From NCBI GenBank assembly GCA_963791045.1, contig CAWBQK010000017.1, forward strand, positions 224,001 to 288,000: a stretch of DNA of 64,000 nt. Direction: 5' to 3'. A program made the translations under genes and the position numbers. Each line of letters begins with the position of its first letter. Position 1 is the first letter of the stretch. The notes below the pieces were generated by a model that saw nothing but the letters and a program-made list of their open reading frames with translations, was not told where the DNA came from and made no database searches. Below are positions 9,656 to 17,825 of this stretch, piece by piece. This DNA is from Candidatus Latescibacterota bacterium (GTDB lineage Bacteria > Krumholzibacteriota > Krumholzibacteriia > WVZY01).

Positions 9656-12064
9656 ATGATGCGAACAACGCTCGCCGTTTTGTTATTTTTTTGCACCCTC
9701 GTTTACGGGGTGTCTGCACCCGTGGCGGATTCCGCCATCACACTTCTCGTCGACCGCCCCCCGCAGAGTCTTCGCAGCGAAACTATCGATCTCGACGATT
9801 ACTGGAACTCGGCGCGGCTGCTCGCGCACTTTGGCGAAAACAACCGGGCCTATGAGATCCTCCGGCAAAGACCCGCGTCGGGGGCCATGGACCTCCAGGT
9901 CGAACGTTTCGAGTCGAGACTACTGACGGAGATCGGGCTATACCGCCGGGCAGACAGCTTGCTTGCCCTCCAAACGTTTGTCGACGACGAACGCACATAT
10001 TTTCTGCATTATCTTAGAAGAGCGCGTATAAACGCCATGGCCGGAGAGTATGACAGGGCTCTCGAGTTTCTCGAGTTGATCGAGGGCGTTGACGTGGAGG
10101 CCTTTCAGCCGTACCGCGATCTGCTCGAAGTGGAGTGTCTCCTACAGATAGAGAACCCGCTCGCCGCCTGCGACGTGGCCGAAAAGCGGCTTGCGCACGG
10201 CGTCCCGCTGTCGCTCACGCCGGAATTCGAAGCGCTGTTGTTGGAAGCGTACCTGGGCGCGGACCGAAACGATGACGCGCTCGAACTCATCGAAATTCTC
10301 AAGGCAAAGACGTCAAAACGATCGACGCTGGCGCCGCTCGTGGCCCGCGAGGTCGATATCAGGTTTATGCTCGGCGATACGCTGGCCGCCGTCGAAGCGG
10401 CCTACGAATTGACGCAATCGTCACCTACTCGCGGGGCGGGAATCGAGGCGTTCGAACGCCTGATCGCGCTTGTACCGCTGGATGATTTGTCCGATGAAAT
10501 CCTGTTGGGGTTCAGCGAGTCGATGGTTCGCCGGAATCGTCTCGCCGCGGCGGATCCCCTGGTCGACGTTCTTGCTAAAAGGGAACTCGACGAAAACGGA
10601 CGTGAACAGCGCCGCATGATCGTCGGCGAAATGTATTACAGGCAGAAACGCTACAGCAAGTCGTACGGGAAATTGGAAAAGCCGTTTGACGACGCCCCGC
10701 TGGAGAGCCGTGCGAAGCTGTACCGGGCGCGTATCTACCGGAAAACGGGACAACCGGTGCGGGCGGCGGACGCTTACGAGATTTTTGCCCGGGCGTATCC
10801 GTACGAGGCGAAATCCGCGGAGGCTCTCTATGTAGCGTCCGACCTGAATCTCGGCGCGGGAAAACTGCAGAAATCAGCCGAACTTCTCAACCGAATTATT
10901 GAAACATACCCGAGCAACCGGTACTCGCGGCTCGCGACCCTGAAAATCGCCCAATATTACATCGATCGGGGCGAGTTGACGAAGGGGGCCGGGATACTAG
11001 AACAACTTCTTGAGAAAAAGGGCCGACGTGATGCCACCTTGCTTTACAATCTCGCCATCGTTTATGGAATGATGGGCGAACCCGAGAGGAAGGCTAAGGC
11101 CCTCTCGGAAATCGAGACGTTGAACCCCGTGTCGTTCTATCTCGAACCGGAAATCCCCGAATTTTTTGAGCAACCGATGATGGCGAGCAACGGATCGGCG
11201 GCACTGCACGGACAGGGAGGTCTGCTCGAATTCCTCAAGATGGTGTACGAAAAAAGAACCCGGGCTTACGAGGCTGTTCGCGATGTGGTTGAACCTCTCG
11301 AGGACACCAGTTCAATCGACGCTTCACGGGTGTACCTCGAAAGGGGACGGGTATTTCTACAGATGGGATTTCGGGATTGGGCGGAACGCGAACTCCGGAT
11401 CGTCGAGTCGAAGAAAAAGCTGCCGGCCCGCGTGTACCTCGAGCTCGGCGTCTTGTACGATGATTTTGCGATGCCATGGAGGAGCGTTCGATCCTTTCAA
11501 CGTGTCTACTACACGTTTGATGATGAGAAGAGACGAGAGCTCTACGGTTACTTCAAATTGCTCACGCACCCCGTTCCGTTTCCGGGGGTCGTGTTTGAAA
11601 ACTGTTCGCGGTATGGAATGGCGCCGCACCTGGTTTATGCGATGATGCGCCAGGAGAGCCGCTTCGATGACAAGGCCGTCTCGCGTGCGGGGGCGTTGGG
11701 TTTGATGCAGTTGATGCCGGCAACGGGAGAGCAGGTCGCCGACGAACTTGGATTTCCCGATGTTACACAGGCAAATCTGCTGTCCCCAAGTATAAATTTG
11801 ACCTTTGGGATCTGGTACGCGTCTCATCTTCTCGAGCGCAGCAATGACAATCCTCAGATGATGCTCGCGTCGTACAACGCCGGTTTCGGAAACGGAAAGA
11901 GATGGTTTGGCGGACGCCATTCAAAAGACCCGACCATCGATAAGGTCGAGAGTATCGACTATCGCGAAACCAGAACCTACGTCAAGAATATCGTCGAGTC
12001 GGCACGGATATACCATGCGTATTATTTTGATACTGACCGTGATATTCTCGGTCTTGTCCGCTAG
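9656..12064 (+). CDS. Slt70-like soluble lytic transglycosylase with TPR/superhelical N-terminus
   Basis: Signal peptide MMRTTLAVLLFFC..., TPR-like helices, C-terminal SLT motifs RQESRF, GLMQL, ASYNAG, ETRTYVK. Confidence 0.9.
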   Translation: MMRTTLAVLLFFCTLVYGVSAPVADSAITLLVDRPPQSLRSETIDLDDYWNSARLLAHFGENNRAYEILRQRPASGAMDLQVERFESRLLTEIGLYRRADSLLALQTFVDDERTYFLHYLRRARINAMAGEYDRALEFLELIEGVDVEAFQPYRDLLEVECLLQIENPLAACDVAEKRLAHGVPLSLTPEFEALLLEAYLGADRNDDALELIEILKAKTSKRSTLAPLVAREVDIRFMLGDTLAAVEAAYELTQSSPTRGAGIEAFERLIALVPLDDLSDEILLGFSESMVRRNRLAAADPLVDVLAKRELDENGREQRRMIVGEMYYRQKRYSKSYGKLEKPFDDAPLESRAKLYRARIYRKTGQPVRAADAYEIFARAYPYEAKSAEALYVASDLNLGAGKLQKSAELLNRIIETYPSNRYSRLATLKIAQYYIDRGELTKGAGILEQLLEKKGRRDATLLYNLAIVYGMMGEPERKAKALSEIETLNPVSFYLEPEIPEFFEQPMMASNGSAALHGQGGLLEFLKMVYEKRTRAYEAVRDVVEPLEDTSSIDASRVYLERGRVFLQMGFRDWAERELRIVESKKKLPARVYLELGVLYDDFAMPWRSVRSFQRVYYTFDDEKRRELYGYFKLLTHPVPFPGVVFENCSRYGMAPHLVYAMMRQESRFDDKAVSRAGALGLMQLMPATGEQVADELGFPDVTQANLLSPSINLTFGIWYASHLLERSNDNPQMMLASYNAGFGNGKRWFGGRHSKDPTIDKVESIDYRETRTYVKNIVESARIYHAYYFDTDRDILGLVR

Positions 12065-13334
12065 TTCCCCCGCCCGAAGCAGCGATGACAACCCGAACCC
12101 CACCCTCGTATACCCCCCGTGGAAACATACGCTGGGCTTGCGCCGCGTGGGCCAAAGGCACCTCGATTTCTATTCGGGTTATCGAAAAACATTCAAGAAT
12201 CCTCAGGGTCTGGCTGCGGTCAAACTCGACTTCAACGATGCCGAGGGGCCGGGCGACGACGAAGAGTTGACGATCTACGGCGTGAACTCGGGCAGTGGGG
12301 AGATTTTCTATAACAAGTCGATGGTGAGCGCTGGATTTTTTGGCGCAATTGGTTCCGGCGACGCCCAGTTCAAGGATGCCGTGGGGATCGGCGCCGACAG
12401 ATCGGGGAACGTGGTGGTCGCGGATTCCGGCAATAGACGGGTGGTCGTTCTGCGAAATGTCGATAACCAGCTCGAATGGGTGCGGTCTTTCGAGTTGTTG
12501 GGCCGAGGCATTCCTGTGGGGATCGCGCTCGAAGACTCGCTCGTGTACATAGCGGACGCGGAATCGAACCGGGTTTTTGTCGCGGATCTCTTTGGCCGCC
12601 ATATTGGCGATTTGGGTAAGGGGATGCTCGTCAGACCATTTGGCGTCGCGGTGATATCGCGGACGGACTGGAACTACTACGGCGCGAATTTTATTGTTGT
12701 CACGGATTCCGTCAAGCAGCGGCTCGTTCAAATGGGACCCCGGGGAGAGATTGTTGAAATTCGCCGATACAAGGACGTTTCGGATGGGAAGGGAGGTTTC
12801 AATTTTGCCGCTATTGATTATTACGGCAATGTGTACGTGACGGACACGGGGGCCGGTTGTATTTACAAATTCGATAGACATCTCAACTACGTGACACGAG
12901 TCGGGTGTGCTACGGGCACAAAAGATGATCTCGTTGAGCCGAGGGGAATCACGATACACAGACGATTCGGACAGCTGTTCGTCGCCGAGAAAGAGGGCGC
13001 AAGTTATTTTTGGATCGGCACGGATGTAAAAAGACTTCGATGTACCGCGAGTGTCCGGGCTGGGACGGTCGCGCTCGATATTGAATTTCACCTGACGGAA
13101 AACTCGGAAGTGACACTAACCCTCTCAAACGCCGATGGAGAGACGGTCCGCACACTGCTCAATGAGTATACGATGCGGGTGGGGAAACATCGGGACGCGC
13201 TGTCGATTCCCGAAGGCGATCTTCCGTGTCCGATTGCAAATTGCGTCTATTTTCTTGAAATCGAGGCCAGGGCGACGTACTCGTCAAGAAAGTACCACTC
13301 GGTAAAAAAATCCATACAAATTCGAGTCGAGTGA
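12015..13334 (+). CDS. Secreted NHL-repeat beta-propeller protein with C-terminal FlgD/T9SS-CTD-like Ig domain
   Basis: Signal peptide MRIILILTVIFSVLSA; NHL repeats (GNVVVADSGNRRV, VYIADAESNRV, GNVYVTDTG); overlaps the upstream gene by about 50 bp. Confidence 0.8.
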   Translation: MRIILILTVIFSVLSASSPARSSDDNPNPTLVYPPWKHTLGLRRVGQRHLDFYSGYRKTFKNPQGLAAVKLDFNDAEGPGDDEELTIYGVNSGSGEIFYNKSMVSAGFFGAIGSGDAQFKDAVGIGADRSGNVVVADSGNRRVVVLRNVDNQLEWVRSFELLGRGIPVGIALEDSLVYIADAESNRVFVADLFGRHIGDLGKGMLVRPFGVAVISRTDWNYYGANFIVVTDSVKQRLVQMGPRGEIVEIRRYKDVSDGKGGFNFAAIDYYGNVYVTDTGAGCIYKFDRHLNYVTRVGCATGTKDDLVEPRGITIHRRFGQLFVAEKEGASYFWIGTDVKRLRCTASVRAGTVALDIEFHLTENSEVTLTLSNADGETVRTLLNEYTMRVGKHRDALSIPEGDLPCPIANCVYFLEIEARATYSSRKYHSVKKSIQIRVE

Positions 13335-13492
13335 TCCGTCGACGACCCCACTGCCCGCCGCTTGTCACCCGACAAAGACCGACGCTTCCGCAATCCTTCG
13401 TGCTGCTCTCTGTATTCCACTGAAACCAATCGTGTTATGAGGTTGCGCGCTCTCGCGTGCCTCCATGAGTTTTGGGCTCGCTCGGGCTCGCT

Positions 13493-13508
13493 TGGCCTTG
13501 ATTTTGCA
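13493..13508 (+). promoter_or_regulatory. Putative sigma54 (-24/-12) promoter, distal
   Basis: TGGCCTTGATTTTGCA: GG-N10-GC with TTGCA. Confidence 0.4.
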
Positions 13509-13605
13509 TGTAGGAGCATGATCCTGGTCTAAACTGGCAAAAATCTGCTCTCGAAACACGGGAGGGTGTCGGGTTTTTTTGTCACTTTCCGGTGGTTCGG
13601 TTCGG

Positions 13606-13621
13606 CGGCACGGCTGTTGCT
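13606..13621 (+). promoter_or_regulatory. Putative sigma54 (-24/-12) promoter, proximal
   Basis: CGGCACGGCTGTTGCT versus consensus TGGCACGnnnnTTGCW; 81 bp before ATG 13703. Confidence 0.6.
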
Positions 13622-13702
13622 GTGCGTTATGCGGGTGCAATAGGTTCGTCCGGCTCCAGGCCGATGGATAAAACTCTCACGCTTACGACGTAGGGGCGAA
13701 TT

Positions 13703-14641
13703 ATGTTTCTCAAGCGATTCTTCAAGTTCATTCCGAAGAACGATTATTCCCGCGCGTTGGATCTTTTCAACGAGGGACACTACAAGAAAGCTCTGAAAAT
13801 TTTTGAAGATCTACGGGCGAGACAGTCGACGGAAGAGGAACTCGACCTGGCTACTGTCGAGCTGTTCGCCTGCGAGTCTCACGTCGCGTTGAGTAAACAG
13901 CGGCTGAACCACGGCAATCTTAAAGACGCCATTGTCGAGATGGAGAACGCCGTAGCCCTCAAGCCCGAGTTTGCCGATCTCAGGTTCACGCTCGGCGGGC
14001 TTCTTGTGGATGCTTCGAGACTGGACGACGCACGGGAACATTTTGAGAACGCCCTCAGAATTAATCCTAAATTCTTCAAAGCAAACATCAGTCTGGCTCG
14101 CGTGTTGTTCACCATGGGCGAAGTCGAGAACTCCGCGCAGCTGATCCGGGACGCCATGGAAGACTGTCCCAAGTTCTATCGCGACAACCTTGAACAGCTC
14201 GTGCAAATGCTTCGCACCGGGGAATCAGGCGACTCCTTGAACAATGCCTTCCGGGAAATCCTCGAAGATCGACCAAGCTCGACCCAGGTTCGCCGTGAAA
14301 TCGCGATCGAGGCGATTCAGAACGGGGACTATGCGGAGGCCGTTCGAGAATTGAAGAAGTCCATTGCCGTTAATCCCGATTACCCCGACCTCCACAACTA
14401 TCTGGGAATCGCTTACGGGAACAGCGGGATGGTTGATGATTCCATCGAAGAATTTGAGACAGCTCTCAAGATCAATCCGTATTATATGAAGGCCAGATTG
14501 AATCTCGGCCTTGCTCTCTACGACCAGGGGCGTTACGAGGAAGCACACAATCATATCGAACGGGTATTGAGTGTCCAGCCAGAGAACCAACTCGCGCAAA
14601 ACTTGCTCGCCGAGTTAAGAGCGGTGTCGGAGAGAAAGTAG
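13703..14641 (+). CDS. Cytoplasmic TPR-repeat protein
   Basis: Repeated TPR signatures ALKPEFADLRFTLG, INPKFFKANISLA, NPDYPDLHNYLG, INPYYMKARLNLG. Confidence 0.88.
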   Translation: MFLKRFFKFIPKNDYSRALDLFNEGHYKKALKIFEDLRARQSTEEELDLATVELFACESHVALSKQRLNHGNLKDAIVEMENAVALKPEFADLRFTLGGLLVDASRLDDAREHFENALRINPKFFKANISLARVLFTMGEVENSAQLIRDAMEDCPKFYRDNLEQLVQMLRTGESGDSLNNAFREILEDRPSSTQVRREIAIEAIQNGDYAEAVRELKKSIAVNPDYPDLHNYLGIAYGNSGMVDDSIEEFETALKINPYYMKARLNLGLALYDQGRYEEAHNHIERVLSVQPENQLAQNLLAELRAVSERK

Positions 14642-14647
14642 AACCGA

Positions 14648-15364
14648 ATGGGTAAAAAAGAAGAATTTACCGATTTTTACGAGGTCCTCCGTGTCTGGCC
14701 GACGGCGTCCGATGATGCGATCAAGAAGGCGTACTTCAATCTCGCCAAGCTTTTTCATCCGGACGTAGCGGGGCGCAACGGCGACAGCAATGGCGACAAC
14801 GGTCGCGAGTCTGAAGACAGCGTCGATTTCAAAATGGTCAACGAGGCGTACGCCGTTCTCAGTGATCCGGTCAAGCGACGTGAGTACGATGACGAGTTGA
14901 AAGTGTGTGGTTCGCGACAGAAGAGGTGGCACGCCAAGGAAGCCGACAAGCGCTCCGCACAACTCGCGTTCGATCAAGCGAGAACGGCGATGAGGCACAA
15001 CCGGTATGACAAGGCGGTTGTTCTTCTCAAGAGCGCATTGAAATACGATTCGTCCAATGCCGCATACCACAGCTGGTATGGTTTTTCCCTGGGCGCGCTC
15101 AACGCAAGACTCCATGAGGCCCGTGACGCTTGCAAGAAAGCGCTCGAAATGGAGTTCTACAACGCGGACTACCACGCCAATCTCGGTTATGTCTATTGGC
15201 AGGCCGGTTTGAAGAGCACGGCCCATGAGAGCTTCAACGAGGCGCTCAAGTGGGACCCTGAGCACACTTTGGCCCTCAAATACCTCAACGGAAACGGCAA
15301 AAAACAGAACGGCAATTTCGTAAAGGGCCTATTCTCCTTCATGCGCCGGGACGCGTCTCACTAG
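14648..15364 (+). CDS. Class C J-domain protein with C-terminal TPRs
   Basis: DFYEVLRV...[15 protein letters not shown]...[21 protein letters not shown], then TPR motifs. Confidence 0.9.
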   Translation: MGKKEEFTDFYEVLRVWPTASDDAIKKAYFNLAKLFHPDVAGRNGDSNGDNGRESEDSVDFKMVNEAYAVLSDPVKRREYDDELKVCGSRQKRWHAKEADKRSAQLAFDQARTAMRHNRYDKAVVLLKSALKYDSSNAAYHSWYGFSLGALNARLHEARDACKKALEMEFYNADYHANLGYVYWQAGLKSTAHESFNEALKWDPEHTLALKYLNGNGKKQNGNFVKGLFSFMRRDASH

Positions 15365-15412
15365 TCCAACTCACCTGACCTGAAAATCCCTATGGTTTGG
15401 GCAAAACTGCGG

Positions 15413-15441
15413 TTGACACCTGGCGTGTGTCTACCTAGAAT
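15413..15441 (+). promoter_or_regulatory. Sigma70-type promoter
   Basis: TTGACA-N17-TAGAAT; supports ATG 15467 as the start. Confidence 0.65.
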
Positions 15442-15466
15442 CTCTTTGTATCAAGGCCCAAAACAT

Positions 15467-17386
15467 ATGGACAAAGAGCTTACTTTTTACCCCGAATCTG
15501 AACGCACACGCGACCTCGTTTACACCGAGTATTCGAGCTGCAACCAGAGTATCCATCTCCTTCTTCAGGAAAGTCCCGGAGTTCAATACGAATTTCTTTT
15601 AAAGGCTTACCGGGAAATCATCTCAAGCTATCTCTCTTTCGAAACGCTCAATCTACCGATTGAATTCCTCAAGACACTCGTGCTGCGATTTGACCAGATG
15701 TGCGAGGAATGGGGATTGTCCGTCGACGATTGCAAGGGCATGGGGATTCACGTGCTCCTCAGGGCCGCGAATGCCGTTTACGTGATGACTTCACGGGAAA
15801 GCGATATTCTGCTTTGCCGGGAGGGCGAGCTGATGTCTCTCGAAGTCACCGGCGATGGAAGGGTGGAGCGGGTACGGGTAGACGATTCTGACGGGCAGGA
15901 AGAGCTGTTTCCACAAGCTCTGAGCGATGTATTCACGATAGTGAGGCTTGATCCGAAGTACGTGCGCGATATGGATCTTGCGCTGGGTTGCCGTGAAGAA
16001 GAAAAGGGAACCGTGCTCGAGGCGTTGGGCGGGCCGATGTGGCTTGAAGCGGGGCCGGCGGAGGAGAAGAGCGGTGAGAGGCGGATCGTCGTTTCGAAGT
16101 TTGTTTCCCGCAAGATCATTGTGGTTCGGTTTAAAGCGTTGGGGTATCTGGACGGCGCCGGGGCCGATAAATTGCCGGTCGGCGTGAGACGGAGCAGACC
16201 CCGGATCCCCATCAGGCGGCGGTTCGTTGTGGCCGGAGCGGCGGCGGTTGCTGCTGTCCTTATTGGAGTGCTGTGGACCGGCGAGATGAGTGGACCCGAG
16301 AAGTTGTCGGGTGACGAAAACATTTTGACGGAAAACCGGATCGACAGAAACGTAGTGGACGCGGAAACCGGTACGGCGACGAACGAGATGGCCCAGGAGA
16401 AAGTGTTCACGCTGACGGCCGGTTGGGAGAAGACGTACGACGATCAGGTGACGTCGTCGCCCGCACGATTCGACCGTTGGGTCGTGTTCGGTTGCCGGGA
16501 TGGGAATGTTTATGCCGTAGAGAGAGAAGTGGGGACGCTCGTATGGAAATTCAAGGCCACTGCGGGGGTAGGGACTTCCCCTGCTATCCAGGGTGAAAAT
16601 GTTCTGATCGCGGACTACAACGGAAATGTTTTTGCGATCTCAGGCCGGAACGGCACACAGGTGTGGCAGAGAAAACTTCCTATGAGGGTTGTCAGTTCGC
16701 CGATCGTGGCGGGGAACCACTTGCTCGTCGGTTGTTACGACGGTTACGCATATTGTCTCTCTGGTGAGGACGGCAGTGTGGTTTGGAAGCGTAAGACGCG
16801 GGGGCGCGTGCGCGCCACGGCGGCGACGGACGGGAACTCATTCTTCGTCCCGTCGTACGACGGGTATCTCTACGCGCTCGACGCTGGATCTGGCAGCATA
16901 CTGTGGCGTTCGAATATCGGCGGGCAACTGACCGGAGCGCCGGCCACGGTTGGGGGCAGAGTCGTTGTCGGAGCCCCGGATGGGCGCGTTCACTGTCTGG
17001 ACGCCGCGAGCGGGAATGTCAATTGGACCTATACGGCGGGTTCGGCGGTCAAAGCCGGAATCGCTATCTCGTCGGGGAAGGTATTTGCCGGCTCGAATGA
17101 TACGCATGTGCATTGCCTGAATCTCGCCGATGGAACGTTGAATTGGAAATATAAGACCGGCGATATCGTACTGTCCCGCCCATATATAAAAGGCGGAACA
17201 GTGTATGTGGGTTCTTATGATGGGTTTATGTACGCTCTGGACACCGGGTCGGGCGCCCTCCGTGACCGGTATGACACGGGCGGCGCGATCTTCTCGTCAC
17301 CGATCGCGGACGATGAAAATCTGTATTTTGGAACCAATCGAGGTAACTTTGTCTGTCTTCGCCACAACGCTGAGAAAACCTCATAA
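15467..17386 (+). CDS. Membrane protein: degenerate PP2C-like N-domain, one TM helix, PQQ-like (BamB-type) beta-propeller
   Basis: Repeats of the form SSP...VGxYDGxxYxLxxxxGxxxW in the C-terminal half; TM FVVAGAAAVAAVLIGVLW; N-domain resembles the PP2C pattern (see findings). Confidence 0.82.
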   Translation: MDKELTFYPESERTRDLVYTEYSSCNQSIHLLLQESPGVQYEFLLKAYREIISSYLSFETLNLPIEFLKTLVLRFDQMCEEWGLSVDDCKGMGIHVLLRAANAVYVMTSRESDILLCREGELMSLEVTGDGRVERVRVDDSDGQEELFPQALSDVFTIVRLDPKYVRDMDLALGCREEEKGTVLEALGGPMWLEAGPAEEKSGERRIVVSKFVSRKIIVVRFKALGYLDGAGADKLPVGVRRSRPRIPIRRRFVVAGAAAVAAVLIGVLWTGEMSGPEKLSGDENILTENRIDRNVVDAETGTATNEMAQEKVFTLTAGWEKTYDDQVTSSPARFDRWVVFGCRDGNVYAVEREVGTLVWKFKATAGVGTSPAIQGENVLIADYNGNVFAISGRNGTQVWQRKLPMRVVSSPIVAGNHLLVGCYDGYAYCLSGEDGSVVWKRKTRGRVRATAATDGNSFFVPSYDGYLYALDAGSGSILWRSNIGGQLTGAPATVGGRVVVGAPDGRVHCLDAASGNVNWTYTAGSAVKAGIAISSGKVFAGSNDTHVHCLNLADGTLNWKYKTGDIVLSRPYIKGGTVYVGSYDGFMYALDTGSGALRDRYDTGGAIFSSPIADDENLYFGTNRGNFVCLRHNAEKTS

Positions 17387-17484
17387 TTCGCTTGCCTTGC
17401 CTTTTTGTTGGAATCCCTTTTCCATATTTGTGTACATCCTCATGGATGCCGATCAATACCTTATTCGCAAGGGGGACGCATAGG

Positions 17485-17685
17485 ATGCTCAAAGGTATCA
17501 TCAAGTTCTTCAACGACTCGAAGGGATACGGGTTTATTGAGAGCGACGAACGGGATTCGATTTTCGTGCACTATTCATCGATACAGCAAGATGGCTACCG
17601 GACACTGAGAGAAGGGGAAGAGGTCTGCTTTGAAATAAAGGATGGGCAGCGGGGTCCGGAAGCGGTCAACGTCAGCAAGATCTAA
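17485..17685 (+). CDS. Cold-shock domain protein
   Basis: KGYGFI (RNP1), IFVHYS (RNP2), GPEAVNV; 66 aa. Confidence 0.95.
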   Translation: MLKGIIKFFNDSKGYGFIESDERDSIFVHYSSIQQDGYRTLREGEEVCFEIKDGQRGPEAVNVSKI

Positions 17686-17744
17686 TCGGTTACCCTCCAT
17701 ATTTTGGCCGCCGGCATTTGATAAGCTCTTAGCCGGTCGACAAC

Positions 17745-17773
17745 TTGCCAAACCTCGGCATTTCTGTTAGGTT
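17745..17773 (+). promoter_or_regulatory. Putative sigma70 promoter of secA
   Basis: TTGCCA-N17-TAGGTT with extended -10 TG. Confidence 0.4.
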
Positions 17774-17811
17774 GCATGCAGCTTAAAACAGTCGGCATGT
17801 AGCTAAAAACA
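17774..17811. repeat. Imperfect 17-bp direct repeat with 21-bp period upstream of secA
   Basis: GCATGCAGCTTAAAACA (17774-17790) and GCATGTAGCTAAAAACA (17795-17811), 15/17 identical. Confidence 0.7.
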
Positions 17812-17825
17812 AAAACTAATACATC

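Noticed and set aside
13535-13549. Third sigma54-like motif TGGCAAAAATCTGCT
   Set aside because: GG-GC spacing is 9 nt, not the required 10.
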